Part shown: positions 1-12,199 of the stretch, in pieces | Numbering within the stretch: position 1 is the stretch's first letter | How the letters are laid out: every line of letters starts with the position of its first letter | NCBI GenBank assembly: GCA_013239625.1 | Contig: MU053881.1 | Coordinates: 3,164,001-3,228,000 of the forward strand | Source of the DNA: Lama guanicoe | Taxonomy: Eukaryota | Direction: 5' to 3' | DNA length: 64,000 nucleotides | Program-made: the position numbers and the translations under genes | Notes under the pieces: generated by a model | What the model saw: the letters and a program-made list of their open reading frames with translations, nothing else | What the model was told of the DNA's origin: nothing | Database searches by the model: none

Positions 1-620
1 GGCTGGATCCCGGGGTCAGGGTCACGACCGCCGCGGGGAACCGGGCGCAGCCGCCCGGGGCGGCCCGGCCGGCGGCCGCCGGTGGACCGCATCCCGAGCC
101 CGGGCCCCGCGGGGCGGCGGCCGCGTTACCTGGAGCTGCTGCGGCGGCCGAGGTGGCTCCGCTCGGGCTCGCCTCCGTCCTTCGCCCGCGCCGGCTCGGC
201 CCCGGGCAGGGATGCAGCGGGCGGCGCGCCCCGCCCGCGCCCTGCGCCCTGCGCCTCGCACCCACTTCCTCGTCCCCGCCCCCAACTCGCTCCTCCTGGC
301 TCCCAACAGCTCCTTCCCTTCCTTCTCTCTCCAAGTCTTTCTCTCCCTCCTCGCCCTCCCTCTCCCTCTCCCCCCCCCCCCCCCCCCCCTGCCCCGCCCC
401 CCCCCCCCCCCCCCCCGCGCTCCGTGCGCGGCGCGCACACACTCACACTCCCTCTCCGCATTCTCTCCCACAGTCTCCCACACTTTCTTTTTCTCTCTCC
501 CGGACCTTCTTTCCCTCTCTCTCTCTGGCTCTGACACTTCCTCCTTCGTCTCTCTTTCGGTCACACTGCCTTCTCTTTCTCTCGCTTTCCCCGCCTCCCT
601 CTCGCCCACTGCCCCCACTG
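1..620. promoter_or_regulatory. CpG island / promoter region (continues beyond left edge) with long pyrimidine tract
   Basis: Very high GC and CpG density at 1-290 and ~415-440; GC box CCCCGCCCC and ETS-type CACTTCCT near 262-283; poly-C runs at ~369-416; CT-rich tract at 300-610. Confidence 0.85.
130..600 (-). other. Probable first exon (likely 5'UTR) of an unidentified minus-strand gene; TSS position uncertain
   Basis: Minus-strand splice donor CTCCAG|GTAACG at 130/129 inside the CpG island; GA-rich leader upstream on the minus strand; GC-rich intron start. Confidence 0.6.
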
Positions 621-1569
621 CCTGGCCTGGGACCCAGCGTCCAGATGTGGGTAACTGGCTGAGTGGAAGGGGACTTCCAGCTGTGGCCCAGCACCGCTCC
701 CACCCACAACTGGAGGGCCTGCCCCGGGAGGGCTAGACCCACGGGGTCAGGTGGCACTCCTTACCTGGGTGTCCAGCTCCCAGCCACCTGGGATCAAGCT
801 AGACAAGGAGAAAGAACTGGTTTCAAAGTGACCGTCTGGACAATTCTGGGATCTGTGTCTGGAAACAGAGGGCCGGATGCTCAAGGGTCCAGAAAAATCA
901 GTGAGTTCAGAGTTATTAATTCTCAAAAAAAGATCAGTGGAGCTTCAGAAAACCCCAGAATGGATTTGTTCTACTTGACAGCAGAAGAGAGAGAGAAGAG
1001 GTAGGGAGGGCAGCTTTGGGAAAAGGGGCTCTTTGAGTAAGAAAAATTATGCCCACCTTCCAGATGAGAAAAAAGAGGCTCAGATGGGAGAACTTACCTC
1101 TTAAATGTCAAGATGTCAAGGCTACTGTGCTAACCATGCATACCTCAGTGTGGGGCGCCTAGGTAGGCAGGATGGCCAAGGGCGTTGTGCCAGGCTGGGG
1201 TTGCTAACCCAGTGTAGGAGAGGTAGGCAGTCAGATGGGCTGCCCCTGATTCCCCGGGGAACCTGATACATGGAGGGCAGTTTCTGCAGAAACTTGACAA
1301 AGGACAGGGAAAAATAGCTGGTTCCACTGAGTGTAAGGTTCAGGCATGTGCTGCTGATGATTGACACACCACCTCGCGTCATTCTGTCTCTGTGGGCTCC
1401 TCTGTGCTATCCATGTTCTGACATGCAGAGACCAAGGTCACAGTCCCCTAGAGCTCTGAGGTTACAGCCTCTGGGGGAGGCTGCTGGAGGCAGTGCATCC
1501 AAGTCACCAGCATCCTGGAAACACAGAGCCTCCAAGCTCATCTCACAGACTGCTCTGGCTCTCCAGCAA

Positions 1570-2148
1570 TTCTCAAATCAGCATAGGTCATCTCAAGAAA
1601 GTATAAATCAGATCACACCTGCCTACTCCTCGGCTGAAAACCCTCCTATGACTTCCTGCTGTAGTTAGAATCAAGTCCAAGCCCCCTATCACCATCAACA
1701 TGACCTCTCTGATCTCATGTGTCACCACTCGCTGCCTCCCTCTGTGTGCCTCCGCCACCACAGCAGCTTCCTCCTTGTGCTGGGAACAGGCCTAGCTGGA
1801 CCAGACCACAGGCCATTTGCACTGACTGTTTCCTCTGCCAGGAATGCTCTTCCCCCACATCTTTCCACAGCTGCTCCAGTGTCAGACGCCACGAGGCCTG
1901 ATCATCCTACCTAGCGCAGTCACCTCCTTGCCACAGGGTTTTTCATATACCATCCCTCTTTCATTGTAACAAAAACACCACTATCTAAAATTATTTTGTT
2001 TATTCATTTGTTTTTGCGCTTATTGCCTGCTTTAGCGCTCCAGAATATAACGCAAAAGGGAGCAGGAAACTTGCATATATTACTCCCTGTGTCTCCCCAG
2101 AGCCTGAAACAGTAATAAATGCTCAATAAATATGAAGGAGTGAATGAA
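1570..2148 (+). mobile_element. L2 LINE 3' fragment
   Basis: L2 motifs (gccatttgcactgactgtttcctctgccaggaatgctctt; gctcaataaatatg...gtgaatgaa terminus). Confidence 0.8.
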
Positions 2149-2224
2149 CAGATGCTATGATGAAGAAGTTGGGAGAAAGGAAAAGTTCATTGACCCTGTC
2201 AAAGGCAACGGAAATCTTCTTCAG

Positions 2225-2560
2225 AGGGAAGTGGTTTTGGAGGCAGATCTTAAAAGGAAAATGACATTTCACAGGGTGGAGAACAGCAGAAGGGCCACGG
2301 AGGCAGAGAAACCGCGTAGAGAGAGGCACGGGGCATCACACAGCCTGGGACGTCCAGGGAATGCAGACTGGCGTGCTGGCAGGAATCAGATTGTGGGGGA
2401 GCTTCTAAGGACACAGGTAGGACTTTGAACTTGATCCTGTGAGCAGTGAAGGGTTATGGCAGATTTTCACACTGGGTGGCCTGAAAGACTGGGATGTATT
2501 GCACCCTGGAGAAGAGAGGGCTCCAGTGACCTTTGTCTCTCTGCAGGGCTCTGTGGGCAG
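2225..2560 (-). mobile_element. L2 fragment
   Basis: Purine-rich antisense L2 pattern (ggactttgaacttgatcctgtgagcagtgaagg). Confidence 0.55.
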
Positions 2561-3038
2561 AGGGAGAAATGTGACAGCAGTACTTGGACCAACAGTTGAA
2601 ATAGAATGAGACAGATTTGGTCTTTGTGAAGGGTTTTTTGGTTTCTTTTAAGGATCTGAAGAGGAACATGGACTCCATGTGAATGAGATTATTCTGTGTC
2701 CCTCCCAGGGAGAGGATGAACTGTCTGTGCCTGACAAGCCACTGACACATTGGCGGACATGATTTGTGTCACTTCTGTGCAGGGGCTCTGGGCCAGTACG
2801 TCTTAGTCTCTTTCCTCTCTGTCACGAGACTGGCTCTGTTCAGGAAGTGTTCAAGAGAGAGGTTGCTCCCAAACTTTGAGTCCCAGAATGAAGTCTCAGA
2901 ACCCCAGCCAGCCCCAGTGGACATGTAACATGAGTGATGTTGGCCATTTAGATTTCTGGAGTCACAGATCATCGAGGTCCCTAGGTGTTCCTTGTCAAGT
3001 CAGAGGTTCGTTCAGGCTGGTTCCAGCACTTACTGTCT

Positions 3039-3472
3039 GTGATAGATTTTCAGAGATGGCCACAGCATGGCCCCGGCTCCTTCGCCATGTGACAGCACCT
3101 CCCATCAATACTGGAGTCTTTATCCCTTCCCATGATATGGGCCGGCCTCGTCACTTTCTATGATGGATAGAACCCAGTGCAAGAGATGCTGTGCCATTTC
3201 CAAGGCTAGACCTTTAAGAGGTCTTGGTCCTTCAACTTTTACTCTCTCGGGATGATGCCCTGAGACCACCAGACTGTGAAGACATCTGAATGGCTACACA
3301 GAGGGGAACGGCCAGCTGCCCCAGCTCTCACAGCCGTATAGGTGAACTCAGACAAGCCTAGCAGAAGAACCACCCAGCCAGCCCCCAGAGCTGAGAGAAA
3401 TGATGCATTCTCGTTGTTCTATGCCAGTAAACTCTAGGGTGGTTTGCTACAAAGCAATGAATAAGTAGATAA
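3039..3472 (+). mobile_element. MLT1-type MaLR solo LTR
   Basis: TG start; agcagaagaaccacccagcc; ggtggtttgctacaaagcaat...agata 3' end. Confidence 0.75.
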
Positions 3473-3594
3473 GGGGCTTGGGAAGCAGTTTGCATCTCTG
3501 AGCCCATTTCCTTGACCAGTAAATAAGCATGACAGCAATGCCTGCCTCAAAGAGTTTGGATGAAGCCCACGTGAAAGAAGAAATGGATATTAAA

Positions 3595-4100
3595 TTCATT
3601 CATTCCTTCCTTGAACACACGATATTGGACCCACTATGTGTCAGGCATTGGGTTAACTCTGGGACACAGTGATGAACAAGATAGACAAGGATCTGATGTG
3701 CTGGAAGGAGCAAAAAGATGATGAGCAAGGCGGATAATTTTAGCTAGAGAGAATTGCTGTGAGAGAAGCAAAGAAGGGTAATGTAATTGCGAGTGACCGG
3801 GGGTGGTACTTTCTTTAAGACAGTTGGAGAAGGTTTTTCTGAGCATGTGACATTTGAGCTGAGCCAGGTATCTGAAGTTAAGGGGGACCAGTGTCTCGTG
3901 TAGAAGGATCAGTAGGTGCAAATGCCCCAAGGTAGGGACAGGCTTGGCCTCGGCAGGGAAGACGTCCATCCTGGCTGAGAGTATGAGGAAGAAGGATGAT
4001 GGCTGGAGATGGTATTGGTGCAAGGCCGTGGTGAGGCGTGCCAGTTTCATCCTCAAAGATACGGAGCCACTGGAGGGTCTGAATAGGGAAGTGATACCCT
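3595..4100 (-). mobile_element. L2 3' fragment
   Basis: attcattcattc...ccactatgtgtcaggcattggg...gggacacagtgatgaacaaga. Confidence 0.75.
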
Positions 4101-4849
4101 TCATACTTGCAAAGTGAGGCATTTATGGTTGGCCATCCGACACATTGGGATGTCATTTGTAACCCCTTCCAGCTTACAAGTTACCAATTCTGTACGAGAG
4201 CTGGAAACTAAACCCTTCGATCATCTAAGAAGTCATCATTCTTACTAATAGTCTCCCCACCTTGCAAGAGGGCTTTGGGATCTGATGGCCTCCAGTTCCT
4301 TCTTGCTCTGAATGTGTAAGAACCATCTTTCAAAAGAAGCCGGAAGAACCTTCTCATTCTGAGGAAACCCAAACCACTCTTTGACCAGAACAGAAAAAAA
4401 AAAAAAAAAAAAGGCTCTCTTTGGATGAGTAATCTCTGTGAAGTCTGACAACTTTAAACTAAAAAAAAAAAAAAATTGCAACAATTAAGATAACAAATGA
4501 CATGGCATGGTGATAACATTTACCGAAGTGGTCTGCGGAAAATTCCAATGAAACCCACTGGTTTTTGCCATCAGTTATTTCTCGGCTCTCTCTTGAGCGC
4601 TGGGATGGCTCTGGGTTTGCGGCAGGGCACCTGAGACTGTGGTTAGCTGATGTGGGGTGCGGAGTTTCCTGGCCACCCCATGCTCTGAGTCTTGAGAGAC
4701 GTGTTGGAAACATCTCAGGACTGGGAGTCACCAGACTGACACAGCAGGTTCCTGTCCAACCAGGGCTACTCCAAGGAGCCTGGACTTGGCTATGTCCCTC
4801 TAAGATTGTGTGATGCCCCAGTTACAGCTCAAAGGATAGGAAGAAACAC

Positions 4850-5070
4850 AATTTGTTGAGTAGCTACCATCCTCTGTATACTGGACGCTGTGTTCATTAC
4901 ATAGAGCATCATCTCAAATAATTGTCACTACAGTCCTGTGAGGTCCATGCTATTAGGTCCCCCAGGCTGCAGATGAGGAAACTGAGGCTCAGAATGTCAG
5001 CATTTTCTCCAAGTTTCCACAACTAGCTGGGGGATGCACTGGACCACCTCCAAAGCCCCTGCTTTTAACC
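4850..5070 (-). mobile_element. MIR SINE
   Basis: MIR core cagatgaggaaactgaggctcaga. Confidence 0.8.
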
Positions 5071-5149
5071 AGTTTGCTCTCCTGGCCCACTCCACTAGCA
5101 AAATAGACTCTTATGTGGGAATCTGGAGTAGGAGATGATGCATTCAGTC

Positions 5150-5287
5150 TGAGTCTCTGCCAGCCAACCCACCCTAAGGATTTCGGACTTGGCAGCCTCC
5201 ATAATGGCATGAGCCAATTCCTTAAAATAATTCTTTCTCTCTCCATATTCTACTGGTTCTGTTCTCTGGAGAACCCTGACTAATGCA
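5150..5287 (+). mobile_element. MLT2 (ERVL) LTR 3' fragment
   Basis: ggttctgttctctggagaaccctgactaatgca terminus; tgagccaattccttaaaataa. Confidence 0.75.
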
Positions 5288-5619
5288 CAGAAGAAGAGCT
5301 ATCAGCATGTCTGAAAGCAAGGCTGGGATAGAATATTCCGAGCAGCTGGAGGACATGTTGACGGACACAGGCAGCCCAGAATTGGGGACTCCAGTAAGAG
5401 GACAATATCCTGGAACAAAAGAAGAGCCAGGTCTGGGGATCATGCTGGGCTGGCTCATTAATCAGAGTCTTGGGAGACAGGGAGTTTAAAGGCGAGACTG
5501 GGGTCCAGCCTAAGAAGTCTTGGGCATCTTGTCCCTGGTCCAGGCAGGTGCAGGGAGCATGGCTGTTGTCTACACAGTGGTTTCCACCCCTTTTTGTCCT
5601 GTCTTTATCCACCTTAAAG

Positions 5620-6010
5620 GCTGCAGGGTTAGATACTCACTTTGCCAGTCTCCATTAGAGATGGACGTGACCCAGTTTGGCCAATGAGACCACGAGGAAG
5701 TCTTGGTGTGGGGCCTGGTGCGGTGGGGTGGGAAATTTCCCTCCTGTGGCAGGAAGGAGAGACAGGAAGCAACCTTCTCCTGCTGCCTGGCCTGCTTGAT
5801 CTGCTGCCTCCTTCTTTACATCCTCTAGCTGAGACAGCCATGTTGGGACCAGGAGGAAACGAAACATGAAAGAAAGAGATGAACTCAGAACCCACAGACT
5901 GTCGGGCTCTTGGACCAGCCCTGGAGACCACCAGTCTCCCATCTTTTTCACTTGTGAAATAATGAAATACACTGTGAGTCAGGTTTTATAATTCACAGCT
6001 GAAAACATCT
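5620..6010 (+). mobile_element. Old ERVL LTR (LTR16/LTR33-like)
   Basis: gtgacccagtttggccaatgagac; cagccatgttgggacca; ttcacagctgaaaacatc end. Confidence 0.55.
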
Positions 6011-6159
6011 TGCTTCAAGGAGGAAATATACAAATGTGCAGATAATATAACCCCATCCTCAATTTGCTGCCCTTCTGGAAGGTGGTGACTCCATTTTTCT
6101 CTTGTTTGGGACATTTCTCCTTTTTCCTCTCCACACACTGGGCTGCCAAGCTTCGATAT

Positions 6160-6365
6160 TACTTTCTGCGGAAGTTCCACTTTAAGTTCCCAGGCTGGAT
6201 CCCACTGAATTTCTTGGAAACATCTTTGCCTGGTGCACTTCCGCTTTCATAGCACCGGCGCGTGCTCTGCTGTTGGCCACTTCCCGCCAGGGGGGCTCTG
6301 TGGGGGGCCAAAAGAAAGGGAGGCGGGAGGGAGCCGGTAACATCTGTCCCCCTTCCGGACTTCCA
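6160..6365. promoter_or_regulatory. Small CpG-retaining element with clustered ETS and E2F-like motifs
   Basis: CGGAAGT 6169-6175, ACTTCCG 6237-6243, TTCCCGCC 6281-6288, GGCGGGAG ~6322, CTTCCGG 6352-6358. Confidence 0.45.
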
Positions 6366-6689
6366 CTTAAGTCTCATTTGCCCAGACCTACCACGTGGTC
6401 ACCCCTAGCTACAAGGGAGACTTGCAGAGTGACAATGTGACCCGTCCAGCCTCTGTGTGTATGGCAGGCAAAGGGAATGGAGGTGCTGGACTGGCCACTA
6501 AGTAGCCTCTGCCACAAATGACAAAATCTTTTATCAAGTTCTCTGACATTTTAACCATAGATTATTATTATTACTGTTTTTTTCTAGGCAGAAATCTTTC
6601 GTTATTATTGTTTTTTGCTTCTCAAAGCAATAAAGCTTGTAAAAATTCAAACCATTTGGGTCAAGTGAGTTTCCCAAAATCTTACTCCC

Positions 6690-7840
6690 CTTGGGATAAG
6701 CTTATGAATAATCTGACCTATATCTCATTCCAGATTTTTAGCTACTCATAAAAATGTTTTTAGACATTTGTATGTAAAAATGGGATCATCTCACATATAT
6801 TCTTCTGCCACCTACTTTTTTTTTTTTAAAGACAGGAGTAGCACAGACATTTTCTTATATTTATGCAAATAGATCTAACGTAACCCTTCTGAACAGTGAC
6901 GCAGTTTCTGTATCTGTGATCTATCGCTGCAGCACAAATTACTATAAACCTTGATGTCTCAAAACAACTCTCATTTATTATCTCACAGCTTCTGTGAGTC
7001 GGGAGTCTGGGTGCGGCTTAGCTGGGTGGTCTGTTCAGGGTCTCTGACTAGACTGTAACCAAGTTGTCGCCTGGGTTGTGTTCTCTTCTGAAAGCTTGAG
7101 TGGGGAAGGATCTACTTTCAATTTTACTTACGTATTCGCTAACAGGTTTCAGTCCCTTCTGGGTTGCTAGCCTGAGCTCCTCAGGGACTGTTAGCCAGAG
7201 GCGACTCTCAGTTCCTTGCTAGGTGGTCCTCCCCAACACGGCAAGTTGCTTCATCAAAGCTGGCAAGGCAGAGCACCTGCTCGTGGAACAGAAGTCAGGA
7301 TCTTTTGTAATCCAATCGCAGAGTGATATCCACTTAGCACCGAGGTATTCCATTGGTTGGAAGCAAGATATGGGTCCCGCCCACACTCAAGGGGAAGGCA
7401 TTGAACAAGGGTGTGAATACCAGAGATCGTCTGGCCACCGTCTGACCTGGTGTCCCACTTGTTTAACAGTTCTTCCTCTGATGAACACCTAGGTTGATTT
7501 CAGTTTTCTCATCAATATAAACAATGTCATCACCCTTGAACTTGCATTTTCATGAACTGGTCCAAGATTTTCCTTGGAAAATTTTTCAAGGTGAAATCTC
7601 TAGATCTAAGAGCAAATAGATTCACGGCTAAGTGCTCTCCCAACGACTGACCAAATGTCTGCTTTCAGTGGCAGCTGTGTGTGCATCTTGGCTCTTTTCA
7701 TCCCCCCCTCCCTGACTGTTTAACAATCTGTTAAATACTTTTCCACATGATAGGCAAAAATGGATATCACTGTGTTCTAGTTTGCAATTCTTTGTTTCTC
7801 AGTAAGGAGTAAGGTTGAGTATAGTTTCTTATCAGCTACT
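6690..7840 (-). mobile_element. Old L1M fragment interrupted by an MLT1 LTR (~6908-7440, minus)
   Basis: L1M-like text on both sides (aaaatgggatcatctcacatatattcttctg; cctctgatgaacacctaggttgatttcagtttt); MLT1 text in between (catttattatctcacagcttctgtgagtcgggagtctggg). Confidence 0.65.
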
Positions 7841-8329
7841 TGTTTGGGTCAGAATTTTTTGGTTACCAGGAACAAAAAGCTATTTAAACTAACTTAAGTT
7901 AAAAAAAAAAAAGGAACAGGGTGTTTTTGGTAAAAATACAGAGCAATTCCATAAACAAATCACTGCCTTGCCTTACGGGAAGCTGACTGCCAACCATTCC
8001 CACTCCCTGCAGCTGCTTCTGTGACTGCTCTCCCTCTGGGGACCGGGAGGCATCTCTGCTTCGCTCCGGCCATCAGCTCCACTTTCTTCTCCTTCTTGAC
8101 TGATAGGTCCTCCACTTAGAGGAGAAATCTTCCCCACAGCTGTCTTTTAGTTTCCAAAGAAAACACACTTGTTATGAACATTTAAATTAACGCAGATGTG
8201 CCTGAAGTCCAATGTAATAGTGTCATCCCCACCCCGACCCCTTCCCGCAGAGGTGTGGACAATGAACAACTTGATGTATATTCTTCTAAGTTTTTGGGTT
8301 TTTTGTTTTTTGCTTTTTCTCTATGGATA

Positions 8330-8500
8330 ATGATGGTGAGAGCACCCAGTTACTGAGCATTTTGTATGTCCCTAGCATTGTTCTAAGATGGCACATGTTT
8401 TAATACTCACAAGACAACTATTTGAAGATGATACAGTTATTCCTCATTTTCTAGAAAAGGAAACCAGGTTGAAGAATTTCCCCAATTCTAACCCAGGCAA
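8330..8500 (-). mobile_element. MIR SINE
   Basis: ttactgagcattttgtatgtccctagcattgttctaag...cctcattttctagaaaaggaaacc. Confidence 0.65.
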
Positions 8501-8884
8501 TTTGAATCTTAAACGCACACACACACAATAAATATAAAATTTTTAAACTATAGTTTCAAAATGTAGCTTAAAAGTTTCACTTAACTTCCTGCTTTTTTTT
8601 TCATGTCAATAAAATTTGAACATCATTCTGACTAATTCCCAAATTATATTCTATTGTACGGAAGGGGCAGTGTGTGGGCAACAACCTACCTGTCATTCTT
8701 TGATTGTCTCTCTTTCCAGAGTTACCTGTTCATGCCATTTGCCCATTTTTTAATTAGGTGATTTTCTTATCCTTATGGGCTTCTAAGACCACCTTGAATA
8801 CCAAGGAGCTTTGTCTACCATCTATGTTGTGAATATATTTTCTCATTTTGTTCTTGGTCTCCATGACTTGGGCTATAAAGAAGG

Positions 8885-9098
8885 TTTTTTTTTTAAATTT
8901 TTAAATTTTTATTTTTTTACTGAAATATAGTCAGTTTACCATGTGTCGATTTCTGGTGTACAGCACAATGTCCCAGTCATGCATATACATACATATATTT
9001 GTTTTCATATTCTTCTTCATTATAGGTTACTATAAGATATTGAATGTAGTTCCCTATGCTGTACTGAAGAAACTTATTGTTTATCCATTTCATATATA
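8885..9098 (-). mobile_element. Young L1 3' end (5'-truncated)
   Basis: Poly-T followed by the reverse complement of the L1 3'UTR seen at 10450-10620. Confidence 0.85.
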
Positions 9099-9289
9099 AT
9101 AGAAGCTTTAAGTTGCAATTTGTTACATCTACGGATCTTTTCTTTTATCATTACTGTCCTGTTGGAAATACCTTTCTCAACTCAAAATTATAAATAATTT
9201 TCCCCTTTGTTTTCTCTATTACTTGTATGGGTTTTGTCTTACACTTAAATCTCAAATCTGTTTCAAATTTGTCTTTAAATTCAAGTTAA

Positions 9290-10626
9290 TTGGGAAAACT
9301 AGACAGCAGCATGTAAATCAATGAAGTTAGAGCACCCTTCACAACATACACAAAAATAAACTCAGAATGACTTAAAGACTTAAATATAAGACAAGACACT
9401 ATAAACCTCCTAGAAGAAAACATAGGCATAACATTCTCTGACATAAATCTTAGCAATGTTCTCTTAGGGCTGTCTACCTAGGCAGTAGAAATAAAAGTAA
9501 AAATAAGCAAATGGGACCCTATTAAATTTATAAGCTTTTGCACAGCATATGAAATCATTCACAAACAAAAATGACAACCATGGAATGGGAGAAAATATTT
9601 CCAAATGATGTGATGGACAAAAGTTTAATTTCCAGAATATATAAACAACTCATACAACTTACTAACAAAAAAGCAAACAACCAATCCAAAAATGGGCAGA
9701 AGACCTAGACAAGCAATTCTCCAATGGAGACATACAAATGGCCAAGCACATGAGAAAACTGCTCAGTATCAATAATTACCAGAGAAATACAAATCAAAAC
9801 TACAATGAGGTATCACTTCACACCAGTCAGAATGGCCATCATTCAAAAGTCTACAAAAGATAAATGCTGGAGAGGGTGTGGAGAAAAGGGAACCCTCCTA
9901 CACTGCTGGTGGGAGTGCAGTTTGGTGCAGCCACTGTGGAAAACAGTATGGAGATTCCTCAAAAAACTAAAAATAGATGTACCATATGATCCAGCAATCC
10001 CACTCCTAGGTATATATCCAGAGGGAACTCTAATTCAAAAAGATACATATACCCCCAATGTTCATAACAGCACTATTTACAATAGCCAAGACATGGAAAC
10101 AACCTAAATGTCCATCAACAGATGACTGGATAAAGAAGTTGTGGTATGTTTATATAATGGAATACTACTCAGCCATAAAAAGAAAAAATAATGCTATTTA
10201 TAGCAAAGTAAATGGACCTGGAGATCCTCATTCTAAGTGAAGTAAGCCAGAAAGAGAAAGAAAAATAACATATTATAGCACTCATATGTGAAATCTAAAA
10301 AAAAAAAAAGAAGGCAATAATGAACTTACCTACAAAACAGAAACAATCTCACAGACATGGTAAACAATCTGCTGGTTACCAGGGGAAAGGGGGTGAGAAG
10401 GGATAAATTTGGGAGTTTGAGATTTGCAAATATTAACTACTCTATATAAAAATAGATAAAAAACAAATTTCTTCTGTATAGAACAGGGAACTCTTGTAAT
10501 AACGTTAAATGAAAAAGAATATGAAAACAAACATGTGTGTATATGTATGACTGGGACATGATGCTATACACCAGCAATTGACACATTGTAACTGACTATA
10601 CTGCAATTAAAAATAAATAAATAAAA
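9290..10626 (+). mobile_element. 5'-truncated L1 (ORF2 C-terminus, 3'UTR, A-tail)
   Basis: ORF 9805-10107 gives the L1 ORF2 C-terminal motif [18 protein letters not shown]...[20 protein letters not shown] at 9281-9289 and 10627-10635. Confidence 0.95.
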
Positions 10627-10739
10627 TCAAGTTAAGCATCTCTCAAATAATTATCCCCACACAACTGATTGACTCAGCCACTTCCCTACTGATCTGAGGT
10701 GTCTTGGGGTCCTATCACATCCCTGTACTGCTTCCAAGC

Positions 10740-10915
10740 TGGGGCGTTGGAGTTGGGCAGACTTGGGTCTGGATTTTGCTACGTAACTTTGAGCAGGCTA
10801 ACACCTCTGGGTTTATGTGTAAAGTGGGGATCGTCAGGGCTCCTGATTCACAGCACTGCGGAGGGGATGCAATGATGTGGCACATACAGAGCACTCAATA
10901 AATACCGTCATGGTG
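10740..10915 (+). mobile_element. MIR SINE
   Basis: MIR-like body ending in gcactcaataaatac. Confidence 0.65.
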
Positions 10916-11509
10916 ATTATTTTCTGGGTCCCCACCCCCTGCTTTCAGAGCCTATGTCTGGGCCCTCACCATTTCTGTCTGTTTCTGCCCCAGAGCTCCA
11001 CCATTTACATGCCCTTAGTCTATAGCATATTTTAGGATCCACTAGACTGTAAGCTTCTTGAGGACAGAGATGGTACTTCTATCTCCAGCATCTGGTATAT
11101 TATAGGTGCTCAGTAAATATCCACGGAAAGAATGAGTGGATAGTGTGAGCTACCCTGCTCCTTCCATTTCCTGAACATTTTCTTGGCTCCTCTTGAGCCT
11201 TTTTTCCTCCAAATTAATTTTAGTTAATTTGCCAAGATCTCCCAAGCACTAATGGGATTTTTAGTGGCATGACAACAAATTAATGGGGTAATTTGAGGAG
11301 CATGAACCTTACAACCTTAGGAACATGATCTGTGCTCCCTCCGCCCACACTTCCTTGTGAGCTGAGCTTTGGTCAGCTGCCTCGGCCTTGCCTGCTTGCC
11401 TGTACATTTATTCCTGCGTATTTTTGACATTTTTCTTGCTCTTCTGAAGGCATCTCTTCTCTATTATAGTGACTGAGCCCCTGGGTCTTCGGTTGGATTC
11501 TATCCTGAT

Positions 11510-11745
11510 GGCATCAGTGGTTTAGAGGTTGGCCTCTGGAGGCCAGCAGATCTAGATGTGAATCTACTTAATAAGAATGTGACCTTGAGAAATCACCCAA
11601 GCGCCCTGAATCTCAGTTCCCCAGGCTGTGACAGAGAAGATGCTCCAAGGGCTCGCTGTGAACATTAAGTAAGAGATCTTAGGTAAAGCTTTTAGGATGT
11701 TGCTTGGTACTGTGCAAATGTGTAATAAAAGTCAGCCATTATGAT
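11510..11745 (+). mobile_element. MIR SINE
   Basis: cagtggtttagagg...tgtgaccttgaga...ctcagttcccc...aataaaagtcagccattat. Confidence 0.7.
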
Positions 11746-12199
11746 TACTTAGTAATTTTAATGACATAAATATTTTATAACTCTTAGCAATGTACTATCA
11801 TGCTGAGTGTCTTATTATTACTATATGCAAAAGATATTTGCAAGTCCTCCCCCCGACCCCATCTCTTTGGTAGCTGGGAGTCCTTTCCGTTCCCTAAGTA
11901 CATGCGTCAAGTACTCAGCCTGATGGTCTAATGACCTTTCAGATTCTTGAAGGCAATGCTGATGTTGGGTGTGGGGATGCTCCATGAGTGAAATTGCTCT
12001 GCCTGAGACCAGACTGAGACTAGAGCTGGGGGACAGGAAATCTTGGGAGGGATGAAGCGGTTATGGAGGAAGATTCCGGGGAGTGAGAGACCACGGAATG
12101 GGAGAGGAGGGCAGAGAAGTGTCACATGTCAAGGGGGAGGTATGGGAGGGAAGTCCCACATCTTCCTTGCTCCTCCACTCCTATGCACCTTCATGGCTG

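Noticed and set aside
22..736. Overlapping 150-200 aa Pro/Gly/Arg-rich ORFs at the left edge
   Set aside because: Expected from stop-poor GC-rich, low-complexity promoter DNA; most lack a true ATG and none resembles a known protein
1090..1100. Minus-strand donor-like GAG|GTAAGT
   Set aside because: Falls inside a degenerate MIR core where this motif arises commonly
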